64,000 nucleotides of DNA from positions 1 through 64,000 of the IMG/VR virus record IMGVR_UViG_3300021963_000063; one strand, 5' to 3'. The position numbers and the translations under genes are program-made. This stretch comes from a virus. The notes under the pieces were generated by a model that searched no databases, had not been told where the DNA came from, and was given only the letters and a program-made list of their open reading frames with translations. Below are positions 36,329-45,657 of this stretch, in pieces (positions within the stretch are counted from its first letter, which is position 1; every line of letters starts with the position of its first letter).

Positions 36329-36477
36329 GTCCTCTGATCCCTAATTAATCCAAAGTCTACCAGATGCCTGTATATGGTCTGATGACTTGTATCACATTCT
36401 TTTGCTATCTCTTCGATGGTCTTCTTATCTGTTAAGTACCTCTTAGATAGCCACACCTTTGACTTGTAGAGCTTCAT
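36313..36477 (-). CDS. small HTH DNA-binding protein
   Basis: MKLYKSKVWL...TIEEIAKECDTSHQTIYRHL. Not in the ORF track. Confidence 0.75.
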   Translation of the reverse strand: MKLYKSKVWLSKRYLTDKKTIEEIAKECDTSHQTIYRHLVDFGLIRDQRTWKKR

Positions 36478-37043
36478 ACACGCTCCGTAAGCGTTTTATA
36501 TGCGTAATAGGCTATTCCTACTGCATCGCCAACATCATTGTCTGAGATTGATGTACCAAACTTATCATTGAAGAAATCCATAGTCTTTTGTTTTCTAATT
36601 TCTCTAATTTTAGACTTGTACCATGTTACTGATTTACCTGGAAATTGATTTTGAATCTCAAGCTTTTGTGCCTTTGTGAAATTATTGTTTCCAATATAAG
36701 ACTGCCAGGAAATTGGAGCAACTGTTACTACATTAGTTTCTGGCTTTAAGATAACTGACAAGATAGCACCAACTACCATAGCAATCTTAATCCCAGCATC
36801 TGGTGACTTAACCATAATTGCTGATTCAACCGCAACATAATCTGGATTACAAAGTTTTGCAATTGCCTTAGCCTTGTTGTTAGCATCCTTAATTTTATCA
36901 TATATGTCTGAGCCTAAAATTGGAAGCTTACCCATTAGCACTGGTGTGCCATCCTCAAATAAACAAAACGCAACAGATGCAGTAGAGGCATCTATTCCTA
37001 ATACTCTATCTGCTTTTTGTTTTAGAAGTTTTGATAATTGCAT
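36474..37043 (-). CDS. RuvC-like Holliday junction resolvase
   Basis: VLGIDAS, VAVE, DNDVGDAVGIA. Confidence 0.8.
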   Translation of the reverse strand: MQLSKLLKQKADRVLGIDASTASVAFCLFEDGTPVLMGKLPILGSDIYDKIKDANNKAKAIAKLCNPDYVAVESAIMVKSPDAGIKIAMVVGAILSVILKPETNVVTVAPISWQSYIGNNNFTKAQKLEIQNQFPGKSVTWYKSKIREIRKQKTMDFFNDKFGTSISDNDVGDAVGIAYYAYKTLTERV

Positions 37044-37308
37044 TTTGAATTGCCTCCTTTGCATGATTTGCTTTTTCCTTTTTCTTTTTATTTTGACACA
37101 TTGCACATGTAGAATCTGGATTATGCATACTTAAAGGAGATCCGCAAGAACATAGCCTTACCTTTCCTGCAAGTCTTTCTTTCTTTGCATAATACTTTTC
37201 CATAATTCTTTTGTTTGTAGAAACTCTGCAGCATGTTTGCGAGCAGTATTTTTGATTATGAGTCCTAAACTCAAAATCATTTCCACATTCAATACAGGCT
37301 TTGATCAT
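37006..37308 (-). CDS. Cys-rich zinc-binding protein
   Basis: CxxC...YCSxxC...CxC...CxxC. Confidence 0.65.
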   Translation of the reverse strand: MIKACIECGNDFEFRTHNQKYCSQTCCRVSTNKRIMEKYYAKKERLAGKVRLCSCGSPLSMHNPDSTCAMCQNKKKKEKANHAKEAIQNAIIKTSKTKSR

Positions 37309-38081
37309 TGACTGCGTACTTTCAGAGAGTCAATCTTAGTCCTACCATCTGGCTTTGACCAGCAAGATTCTTTGATTGGGCAATATGTACATGGGAAAGC
37401 GTTTTCCTTAAATGGTCTTTTAATGTTTTTACCATCTATCCACGCCTGATATACTTCTTTCATCCAGTCAAAGATGTAATCTGCATAGACTTTATTTTCT
37501 TCTGACATGACAATAGGAACAACTGCAAGCTCATGAGAGTTCTTATTCTCATATAAGAAGAATCCTTCATCAAGTCCTAACACTTTCATATAAATTAAAA
37601 GTTGTACAACGTGGCTATCTGCTCCAGTTGAGGTATCTTTACGAATATCAAATCCTTCTGCTTTAATGGTTTTAATTTCTCCAACAACCTCTTCTCCGTC
37701 AATTTCCATAATGATATCTGCGAAGCCACGAATAGGTGGGTTAACTGACTTGATCTCACGCTCTAGTTCTTTTACAAGACCAGCCTTTTCCATTGCACCC
37801 TGAATACGCTCATGAGCCTGTGTACCTGCATTCATTGCAGCCATTCCCTGAGCGTTAAAACTATCCTTAAACTCTGTTCCAGTAAAGGCTAGGCTCCAGT
37901 ATCTTGCACAGGTTCCGTAACCATAGCCAACTGTAGATGGAGAGAAGGTTTTCTTTTTCTTAAACTCTGTACCATTCTTACCTTGTAGATAAGCCTTACC
38001 GATTGCAAGACGAAGCTTTTTGGCATCAACCTTTGTATCTCTTGGTTTTGTTGTTAGTGTCTTTATTAAGTTTTTAGCCAT
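37305..38081 (-). CDS. cas4: Cas4-like PD-(D/E)XK exonuclease
   Basis: N-terminal C, G..H, GFAD, EIKT, QLLIY, CTYCPIKESC. Confidence 0.85.
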   Translation of the reverse strand: MAKNLIKTLTTKPRDTKVDAKKLRLAIGKAYLQGKNGTEFKKKKTFSPSTVGYGYGTCARYWSLAFTGTEFKDSFNAQGMAAMNAGTQAHERIQGAMEKAGLVKELEREIKSVNPPIRGFADIIMEIDGEEVVGEIKTIKAEGFDIRKDTSTGADSHVVQLLIYMKVLGLDEGFFLYENKNSHELAVVPIVMSEENKVYADYIFDWMKEVYQAWIDGKNIKRPFKENAFPCTYCPIKESCWSKPDGRTKIDSLKVRSQ

Positions 38082-38082
38082 A

Positions 38083-38418
38083 TCATGCTCCTAAGTTATA
38101 TCTTGCTACATACTTTAATGCATCTACCATTTTATCAAGACTATCTTTCATTGTATAGTAGACGTTCTTCTTTGTGTTATTAATACTTCCAGATGGACCT
38201 TTTGCTACTGTTGTGTAGTATGTTGCAAGTACAGCAAACTTAACACTCATTGCTTGTAGTTTTCCAATTAGTGCTACTGCTTGAACAGATGGAATGTCAG
38301 GCTTCATCATAATTTTAACAATGATTGCCATTGCCTCATCAAGTTCTGGATCATTCATAAACTCATGAATGTCGTTAAATTCTGTTACTTGGTTAATATA
38401 ATCAAGTGTTGATTCCAT
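38083..38418 (-). CDS. hypothetical protein
   Basis: ORF. Confidence 0.7.
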   Translation of the reverse strand: MESTLDYINQVTEFNDIHEFMNDPELDEAMAIIVKIMMKPDIPSVQAVALIGKLQAMSVKFAVLATYYTTVAKGPSGSINNTKKNVYYTMKDSLDKMVDALKYVARYNLGA

Positions 38419-38707
38419 TTGCTCTCTCCATTAAATCTTCTAGTGCAGCCCATTCAATGACTGCTAATCTTATCTTTTGTGTTTCTCCAATAGCTAGTAA
38501 TAGGGCAGGATATTTGTTTTTATCCGTTCTCAATGTGTCTGTGACAATCTTAGCCCACACATCTTGATTGATAGTAAAACTTTTACCTGCTTCTTTTACA
38601 TCTACAATAAACTCATCTGTATTGCCGTCACCCTTATAGTACTGACCACGACCAGAGTTTTTATGTGGCTTGGCACCAATTCTTTTTAGTTCTGCTGCTT
38701 CACTCAA
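38402..38707 (-). CDS. small PD-(D/E)XK nuclease (Holliday junction resolvase-like)
   Basis: NSG...KGD...VDVKE. Confidence 0.7.
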   Translation of the reverse strand: MSEAAELKRIGAKPHKNSGRGQYYKGDGNTDEFIVDVKEAGKSFTINQDVWAKIVTDTLRTDKNKYPALLLAIGETQKIRLAVIEWAALEDLMERANGINT

Positions 38708-38889
38708 AGTGTTGCCTCATTATCGTGACCTGCTGCACAAGTATACTTTAAAATCATAGAGTCTTCATCTAAAATAGCAAACCCAATTGATTCCATACAG
38801 TTTTGGCATACAAATGTTCCTGTAACCTTAAGACCTTCTTGCTCTTCATTGTTTTTTAATTTAACAAAATCATTTGGATTTATACTCAT
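38704..38889 (-). CDS. small zinc-ribbon protein
   Basis: CQNC...CxxGH. Confidence 0.6.
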   Translation of the reverse strand: MSINPNDFVKLKNNEEQEGLKVTGTFVCQNCMESIGFAILDEDSMILKYTCAAGHDNEATL

Positions 38890-39893
38890 AGCTTTGAATA
38901 CACCTGAGATTCTAAGGTATCAAATACTTCTTGGTTTTCTCTAACATATTCTACTACCTTTGCACGACCCTGAAGTCTTTGATCTAGAACTGTATACCAT
39001 GCTCCACCACGCTCAATAATTCCCATGAGTTCTGCTGTATCAACGAGGTCTGCAACCTTATCAACTCCAACATGGTCTCCCTGGAAATAGAAGTCATATG
39101 ATCCACTAATGAACTGTGGTCCTGTTTTATTGTAATCAATTGTCCAGTTTACTGGACGACCTACACGCTGTTCAATTAGTCTGTCTCCAACAGAGACCTT
39201 GTCCTTGATAGAACTTGCTTCAGATTCTGATGACCATAACTTTACAATTGTGCTAGAGAAGAACTTAACAGCCATACCTCCAGTTGGGATATGAGTAGCG
39301 TGCATTCCACCAAAACTGTTTCTCTGTTGTGAAATTAAAACTAGCAAAGTATTTTCATTTACATAGTTAAGCATCTTTACTGCATGTGTCATGTCTTTTG
39401 CTTCAGCACCAATCTGCTTGGTGTCTTGAAGATCTTTTAGTTCGTTACCATCTTTTTCAAAGTAAATAGCAGGAAGAAGTGCAGAGATTGAATCAACAAC
39501 AATTAAATCTACTCCAGCCTTCATGAGGTCTACTGCTACATCTACCATGTCATTGATTGTTTTAGCAGAAGAATAAATTAATTTGCTTGAGTCTACTCCT
39601 AGCTTTTCAGCCCACTCTGGAGAATAAGATGCTTCTGAATCAATCCAGGCACACATCTTTCCTTCTTTTTGTGCTTCACCAATCATCTGCAAACAAAATG
39701 ATGATTTACCTGCAGACTTATTTCCCCATACAAGGATTTGTCTACCGTATCCAAAGCCACCCTTTAGTCCAACATTAAGACTGAGGCTTGGTGTTGCTTG
39801 TTTTTCTGTTTCTACTTCTGTTGCTGCTTGTACCCTTTTTCTTGTTTTGGGGTCTAGCTTTGACAGGATTTCTTCCATTGCTAATTCGGTCAT
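38886..39893 (-). CDS. recA: RecA/UvsX-like recombinase
   Basis: GNKSAGKS, IDSE, IVVDS, GGMAVKFFS, GAWY...QG. Confidence 0.92.
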   Translation of the reverse strand: MTELAMEEILSKLDPKTRKRVQAATEVETEKQATPSLSLNVGLKGGFGYGRQILVWGNKSAGKSSFCLQMIGEAQKEGKMCAWIDSEASYSPEWAEKLGVDSSKLIYSSAKTINDMVDVAVDLMKAGVDLIVVDSISALLPAIYFEKDGNELKDLQDTKQIGAEAKDMTHAVKMLNYVNENTLLVLISQQRNSFGGMHATHIPTGGMAVKFFSSTIVKLWSSESEASSIKDKVSVGDRLIEQRVGRPVNWTIDYNKTGPQFISGSYDFYFQGDHVGVDKVADLVDTAELMGIIERGGAWYTVLDQRLQGRAKVVEYVRENQEVFDTLESQVYSKL

Positions 39894-40053
39894 TAAAATG
39901 ATTCTCCAATACTTCCGCTAATTCTTTTACTTCTTGATCACGCATTGATTCTAATTTTTTAATAATAGAATACATTTGCTCTTCATTATATCCTCTAATT
40001 ACAAGTAACAGTTCTTCGTTTACTCCTTCTAAAAGATATCCTCTTATTTTCAT
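39775..40053 (-). CDS. hypothetical protein (leaderless)
   Basis: TATAAT-N6-ATG 40053. Confidence 0.55.
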   Translation of the reverse strand: MKIRGYLLEGVNEELLLVIRGYNEEQMYSIIKKLESMRDQEVKELAEVLENHFNDRISNGRNPVKARPQNKKKGTSSNRSRNRKTSNTKPQS

Positions 40054-40065
40054 CTGTCTATTATA

Positions 40066-40410
40066 TCATCCCAGTACGCCATGCATTTTTGGGCGTTCTG
40101 TATTGATATTAATCTTTTTCATTAAGGTATCTTCTAGTGAGTCTTCTACTTCTCCATACATTCTTAATCCCTCATAAAGATCAAGTACACGGATTAAGAT
40201 ATCAGCAAGCTCTTCTACGACCTCACCCTTACCTTTTTGCTTACGAAGGGCTTCAAGAACCTCTGTAACCTCTGAGTGAATCATTGCTAACTGCTTACCA
40301 AAGAAGATAAATGTTTCACCTACTGGTTCAGCGTTTGAGTACATATAATCCCAAAAACCTTTTTCTGTTGCATTTCTATGAATTTCTTTTGCTAAATTAT
40401 CTAAGTTCAT
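40066..40410 (-). CDS. MazG-like NTP pyrophosphohydrolase
   Basis: HSEVTEVLE...EELADILIR. Confidence 0.85.
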   Translation of the reverse strand: MNLDNLAKEIHRNATEKGFWDYMYSNAEPVGETFIFFGKQLAMIHSEVTEVLEALRKQKGKGEVVEELADILIRVLDLYEGLRMYGEVEDSLEDTLMKKININTERPKMHGVLG

Positions 40411-43400
40411 CGTTCAAACTCCTTTACTGTTACGCTTCCTGATGATGTTGTCTGTAAGACTGGCTTACAGTGTGTTCCTGGCTTCATGTTAATCAAAGAC
40501 GTAGCATACATATTAGGGAAGATAACTAAAGAGTATAACTCTTTATCTTTATCTGCCAAAACTGCGTTAGCCATTTTCTGTCCTGTTTTAGTTTTGCGAG
40601 GAATAAAACTAATGGTATACATTTCATTGTCAGCAAGTGTCATTGTCTTTGCCTGAATGTACTTAATGAAAGGATCATTAATATCTTTCATATTATCTGC
40701 TGTTGCATATGCACCAATTCTGTTATCTGCTACCAAGAATATGTAAATCTTTCCTGGCTCGATTACAGTATCTGATCTATCAAAGATTCCAACTGATCCT
40801 GTCTTGTCAACAATTTCAATTCTGCTCCAGCCGTCTCCACGCTTAATAGATTTTACCATAGCGACAACAAGGAAGGAACCCTCTTCTGAATATTCTTCAA
40901 GTGGTCTTGAATATGCTTCAATCCATCTTGGAATATCACTAGTGAATTCAGGAATGTTAAGATACTCATAGTAGTTATCTTTTTCATCTCCGATTCTTGG
41001 GTTATCAGTAAATGCTGCTGCACCAACCTTGTTTAAGGATTCAACCGCTCTGTTATTTACTCCAGAGCCTTTTGCAGTTGCAAATTCTTTAAACTGCTGA
41101 TAGCTACTGAATGGTCTTTCAGCAATAATCTTACTTCCAATGTTTTCGGAAATAAACTTAATATTACCTAGACCAAATCTAATTGCATCACCGTCAAGGG
41201 CAAAGTCAATATCAGATTCATTGATGTGTGGAAGACGAATAGATATACCCATACGCTTTGCTTCAATCAGGTAGTCTGTACGAGTATCCTTATCTTTTTC
41301 ATTCTTTAACAAAGAATACATAAACTCATGTGGGTAATACTTCTTTAACCAAGCAGTCCAGTAAGACAGCATGGAATAGGCAACAGCATGAGATTTATTA
41401 AATGAGTAACCTGCGTGAGCTTCAAAGTCATGCCATAATTTTTCTGCTTGTTTCTTTTCAATATGCTTAGAAGCACCTGTAACAAACTGCTCTTTATACT
41501 GATCAAATTCTCTAGCATCTTTTTTCTTACCAATAATTTTACGGACTTTATCTGCTTCTGCCATAGACATACCCCCAAGATGCACACAGGCAAGCATTAC
41601 CTGCTCCTGATATAGAATACATCCGTAGGTATCTTTTGTAAATTCCTTTACAATCTCATGAACATAGTTTACTGGAGCCTTACCCTTTTTACGCTTAATG
41701 TATTCTGCACCAATAGTATTCATAGCACCTGGTCTTACAAGTGCGTTAGATGCAGCAAGTTCATCAAAGTTATATACACCCATCTTAATTAAAAGGTTAG
41801 TATATGGAACTGCTTCTGCTTGGAAAACACCCTTTGTAAACCCTGCCGTTAAGTCTGCATAAACTTCTTTATCGTCTAGTGGAATTTCACGAAGGTTTAT
41901 TTTTTTCTTTTTACGCTCTACAATAATATCTAATGTATCGTGAATTACTGTAAGAGTCTTAAGACCAAGTGCATCAATCTTAATCAAACCAATATCTGCA
42001 GCCTGTTCCATATCAACAGCAACCACCTGAACTCTTTCATCTGATTGTGTGTCCTTACGAGTCTCCATAGGAGCATAACGCCAGATCTCATCTTTAGATG
42101 CAACAATACCAGCAGCGTGCATTCCAGTTCCACGAATACGTCCACGAAGCCTCTCAGCATACTTTACGACCTCTGGATATTTATCACGGAACTCTTTACA
42201 GGTTGATGCTGTCATAAACTCATCCCAAGTTTCAACACCCTTAAGTGCTTTATTAACTTCTGGAAGTGGAACGTGGAAAGCTCTAGCAACGTCACGAACA
42301 ACACCCTTATCTTTAAATGTTAAGAATGTAGCAATAGATGCAACATGAGTATATTGATCTGAAAGATATTCTTTTACTTGACCACGTTTACGATCTTCAT
42401 AGTCTGTATCAATATCGGGAAAGTCATTGCGTTCTGGATTAATAAATCGGAAGAATAGCAATCCATACTTAATTGGATCTACTTCGGTAATTCCTAGAGC
42501 ATAGCAGACAAGTGAACCTGCAGCAGAACCACGACCAGGACCAACAAGGATGTTATTATCCTTTGACCAGTTAATCATATTGCCTACAACAATAAAGTAA
42601 GATGAAAAGTTTTTAGACTTAATGATATCTAACTCTTCATTTAGTCTTGCTACATATTCTTCATTGTCTGCAAACCCACGCTTAGCAAGACCTGTTAATG
42701 CTAATTGCTCAAGCTCGTAGTCTGGATCTTTATATTCTGCAGGAAGTAAGTCAAGGTTTTCTTTAAAGTCATAAGAGCCAATCTTATCAGAAATCTCAAC
42801 TGAGTTTTCATATAAATCATCACGATCAATACCTTGGTCAAGCATAAGGTCTTTAACATCCTTGTGACCCATAAGAAAAATTTCTAAGTCTTTGAAAGAC
42901 ATAAATCGATCACCATATAAGTAATCAAGACGTTCAATAATATCTTTAATCTTACGACTATCCTCAAACTTTGCTTCTTTACGAATGTTTGGATGTGTTC
43001 CAAGAATAAGCATAATTTCTTCTGCCACACGATCTTCTGGAGATGCATAATGACAATCAAGGGTAACAGTGCTTTTAATATTCATTGAGTCTGCTAGTTC
43101 TAGCATTTGATGGTTAAGTTCTGCAGGATTATGTGGTTGTAGTTCCATGTAGAAGTTATCTCCAAACACTTCCTTAAACCATGCTGTGTGCTTCTTAGCC
43201 ATTTCTAAGTTACCATTTTGAATAGCCTTAGCAATAATTCCATTCATGCAGCCAGATACGATTACTAAGTCTGACGAATGCTTTTCTAATACATCAAAGT
43301 CAATACGAGGCTTGGAAAAGAAGCCTTCATTCCACCCGATCTCTGATAGTTTAGATAGGTTTTGTAATCCGTTTTCATTCTTTGCTAAAACAATTAAGTG

Positions 43401-43667
43401 ATTGTAAATTTGATCATCTGCACCACGATCTTTCCTAGCTCTTTTATCAAGACGGTCAGGTGTAAAGTATGCTTCTAAGCCAAGTATTGGTTTTACTTTC
43501 GTGTCTTTTGCTGCAATAAGAAAATCTCTATGACCACTAAGTGTTCCATGATCTGTAAGTGATAGTGCTGTCATCCCCACCTCTTCTGCACGTTTCAGAA
43601 GCTCTTCTGGTGAGGAGAATCCATCTAGCAAACTATAGTATGAGTGCGAATGGTGATTGTGATACAT
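40407..43667 (-). CDS. dnaE: DNA polymerase III alpha subunit
   Basis: PHP domain HNHHSHS..SLLDG, TDHG; GRGSAAGS; PDIDTD; HAAG; FNKSHA. Confidence 0.95.
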   Translation of the reverse strand: MYHNHHSHSYYSLLDGFSSPEELLKRAEEVGMTALSLTDHGTLSGHRDFLIAAKDTKVKPILGLEAYFTPDRLDKRARKDRGADDQIYNHLIVLAKNENGLQNLSKLSEIGWNEGFFSKPRIDFDVLEKHSSDLVIVSGCMNGIIAKAIQNGNLEMAKKHTAWFKEVFGDNFYMELQPHNPAELNHQMLELADSMNIKSTVTLDCHYASPEDRVAEEIMLILGTHPNIRKEAKFEDSRKIKDIIERLDYLYGDRFMSFKDLEIFLMGHKDVKDLMLDQGIDRDDLYENSVEISDKIGSYDFKENLDLLPAEYKDPDYELEQLALTGLAKRGFADNEEYVARLNEELDIIKSKNFSSYFIVVGNMINWSKDNNILVGPGRGSAAGSLVCYALGITEVDPIKYGLLFFRFINPERNDFPDIDTDYEDRKRGQVKEYLSDQYTHVASIATFLTFKDKGVVRDVARAFHVPLPEVNKALKGVETWDEFMTASTCKEFRDKYPEVVKYAERLRGRIRGTGMHAAGIVASKDEIWRYAPMETRKDTQSDERVQVVAVDMEQAADIGLIKIDALGLKTLTVIHDTLDIIVERKKKKINLREIPLDDKEVYADLTAGFTKGVFQAEAVPYTNLLIKMGVYNFDELAASNALVRPGAMNTIGAEYIKRKKGKAPVNYVHEIVKEFTKDTYGCILYQEQVMLACVHLGGMSMAEADKVRKIIGKKKDAREFDQYKEQFVTGASKHIEKKQAEKLWHDFEAHAGYSFNKSHAVAYSMLSYWTAWLKKYYPHEFMYSLLKNEKDKDTRTDYLIEAKRMGISIRLPHINESDIDFALDGDAIRFGLGNIKFISENIGSKIIAERPFSSYQQFKEFATAKGSGVNNRAVESLNKVGAAAFTDNPRIGDEKDNYYEYLNIPEFTSDIPRWIEAYSRPLEEYSEEGSFLVVAMVKSIKRGDGWSRIEIVDKTGSVGIFDRSDTVIEPGKIYIFLVADNRIGAYATADNMKDINDPFIKYIQAKTMTLADNEMYTISFIPRKTKTGQKMANAVLADKDKELYSLVIFPNMYATSLINMKPGTHCKPVLQTTSSGSVTVKEFER

Positions 43668-43686
43668 TTTTCTCCGATAATAATAA

Positions 43687-43732
43687 GTGAGGGTGATAAG
43701 CTATTATAGCCCATCACCCTCACGCTTGTCAA
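43687..43732 (-). promoter_or_regulatory. dnaE promoter embedded in the ssb terminator hairpin
   Basis: TTGACA-N18-TATAAT, with the -10 at the apex of the GTGAGGGTGAT/ATCACCCTCAC inverted repeat, followed by TTATTATT. Confidence 0.75.
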
Positions 43733-43739
43733 CTAACTT

Positions 43740-44396
43740 TTACCAGTCAACCGATGCACTTGCAGTTACGTCTGCATCAAGACCCATAAAGAAAGCTTCC
43801 TGGTCTGAATACTTTACTTGACGTACAGCAGTCTCATCAAGATTGTAAAGGTCAAGACCCTTAAAATCAAAAGGTGATTCATCTGTAGTTAGTGGGAATA
43901 GGGAGTAACTGGTTTGAGTTCCAGTTCCTGTTCGCTTTAATCGCCAGATTACATTTGTAATTGAACCTGTATCTCCAGCATACTCAACGATTGTCGTTGT
44001 TGTTGGGGACTTTGGACCAACACCTTGCGACCAAATAGCAACGTATGGTTCATCTGTACCCTCGTCTACTAGCACGTTTGTGTAGTAGCGAAGACGAGCC
44101 TTCCATCCTGCCTTTGGATCACGGCGATTCATCTCACAACCGTAGCAACGACCTTCCTCGTCCATTGAACATACTGCCTTACGGCGATAGTCTTTTGGAT
44201 TTGTGTGTTCTGCTACAACGATTGCAAGACCACGTTCTGTATTGTAATTTTTTGAGTCTGCATCAACTTCGTTCATAAAACGAATCTTTACGCTCTGTCC
44301 ATCTTCTAGCTTAAGCCAGCGAGCCTTTGGACCACTTTCGGTCCTTGGACGATCAATTAGGTTTTTAATATTTGCTAAACCTGTAATACTTGCCAT
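43740..44396 (-). CDS. single-stranded DNA-binding protein (gp32-like)
   Basis: WLKLEDGQSVKIRF, H...C...CxxC, acidic/aromatic C-terminus; lies between primase and DnaE. Confidence 0.7.
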   Translation of the reverse strand: MASITGLANIKNLIDRPRTESGPKARWLKLEDGQSVKIRFMNEVDADSKNYNTERGLAIVVAEHTNPKDYRRKAVCSMDEEGRCYGCEMNRRDPKAGWKARLRYYTNVLVDEGTDEPYVAIWSQGVGPKSPTTTTIVEYAGDTGSITNVIWRLKRTGTGTQTSYSLFPLTTDESPFDFKGLDLYNLDETAVRQVKYSDQEAFFMGLDADVTASASVDW

Positions 44397-44450
44397 AATA
44401 TATTTCTCCTTAATAGTTGGTTCGATAAGTGAACCTGTCTAAACATTGTA

Positions 44451-45401
44451 TCAGATTGATAATGCTAAGTCAAGTGACTTTATTTGTTTATATGAAGATA
44501 AGATTTGATCATCTTTCATATCTCCAATGTCTTTTACTCCATCTGGGAAGTCCATTGACAACACTGGAACAGTTAGGTTGTTATTTAGATTTTGCATTAG
44601 TTTCATTCCTGCTTCATCCTGATCCATAGCAAGGATAACTCTAACAGCATACTTATTTAAAAGTTTTATTTGATTCTTTCCAAGGTTGGCACCAAGGGTT
44701 GCTACCGCAGGAATATTTAATTGCCACAAACGAATTGCATCAAAAGAAGACTCTACAATAACTATGTCTTTAAACTTGCAATTGTTTAGATTAAAGAGTA
44801 CCTTGTTCCTTGGTAGACCAGTTGAGTTCTTGAACGACTTTCCTTCTACCGAACGTCCCACAAATCCAACGCATATGTTTGTGTGTGAGTAAACAGGAAC
44901 CGTAACCATGTCTTGCTTTTCTGAGTACCCAAGCTTAAAATGTTTTATTGCATCTGAAAGAATATTTCTACCATTAAAGTATGCTAGGGCTCTTTCGTTT
45001 TGCATCAAAGAGTTATGTAGCCTGTTTACAGTTGCTGAATCAAACTCCTCAAACTCTTCTTTCACCTGGATATCTTTTTCAATAACTGAAGAAAAGTCAA
45101 TGCTTTTTTCTGAAGATGAAATTATTCTACTGGCTTCAAAGTAGTTTCTATTAGTTGTTCGCATAACTAAATCTAATAAGTTACCACGCTCTCCGCAGGA
45201 GAAGCAAACAAACAAACCTTTTTCTTTACTTACTTCACAAGCAGGGGTATTTTTGTTATAGTGAAATGGGCAGAATACAAGATAGTCAGAGTCTAACTCT
45301 GAACCTATTTCGACTCCACAGACTTTGAGGACTTCTCTGATTTGATCTGGGTCGTATGACTCATTGGAACTAGGCTGTTTCCACTTACTCCTCTGTAGCA
45401 T
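44451..45401 (-). CDS. dnaG: DNA primase
   Basis: CPFH...CFSC zinc finger; TOPRIM VES..D, MDQD. Confidence 0.88.
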   Translation of the reverse strand: MLQRSKWKQPSSNESYDPDQIREVLKVCGVEIGSELDSDYLVFCPFHYNKNTPACEVSKEKGLFVCFSCGERGNLLDLVMRTTNRNYFEASRIISSSEKSIDFSSVIEKDIQVKEEFEEFDSATVNRLHNSLMQNERALAYFNGRNILSDAIKHFKLGYSEKQDMVTVPVYSHTNICVGFVGRSVEGKSFKNSTGLPRNKVLFNLNNCKFKDIVIVESSFDAIRLWQLNIPAVATLGANLGKNQIKLLNKYAVRVILAMDQDEAGMKLMQNLNNNLTVPVLSMDFPDGVKDIGDMKDDQILSSYKQIKSLDLALSI

Positions 45402-45640
45402 TTAGCTTTTACCTTTCCTAGATATATACCATACCATGTTATCTTAAATTCGTAAGAATGTCCAGTGTAACTTGTACTAAAAATTGGATCTAAATCAAGG
45501 TGAGGAACATAACCTTTTATTCTCATATATTCCTCAACAATAACCATATATTGTTCACGCAGTCTTGGGAAATCGGCATCATCATAGATTTGACCATCTA
45601 TTGAAAAGTCTTTAATTTTCCTGTGTCCTGCAAACTCCAT
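45305..45640 (-). CDS. hypothetical protein (leaderless)
   Basis: TATAAT-N6-ATG 45640. Confidence 0.65.
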   Translation of the reverse strand: MEFAGHRKIKDFSIDGQIYDDADFPRLREQYMVIVEEYMRIKGYVPHLDLDPIFSTSYTGHSYEFKITWYGIYLGKVKAKCYRGVSGNSLVPMSHTTQIKSEKSSKSVESK

Positions 45641-45657
45641 ACATCCATTATATTGTA

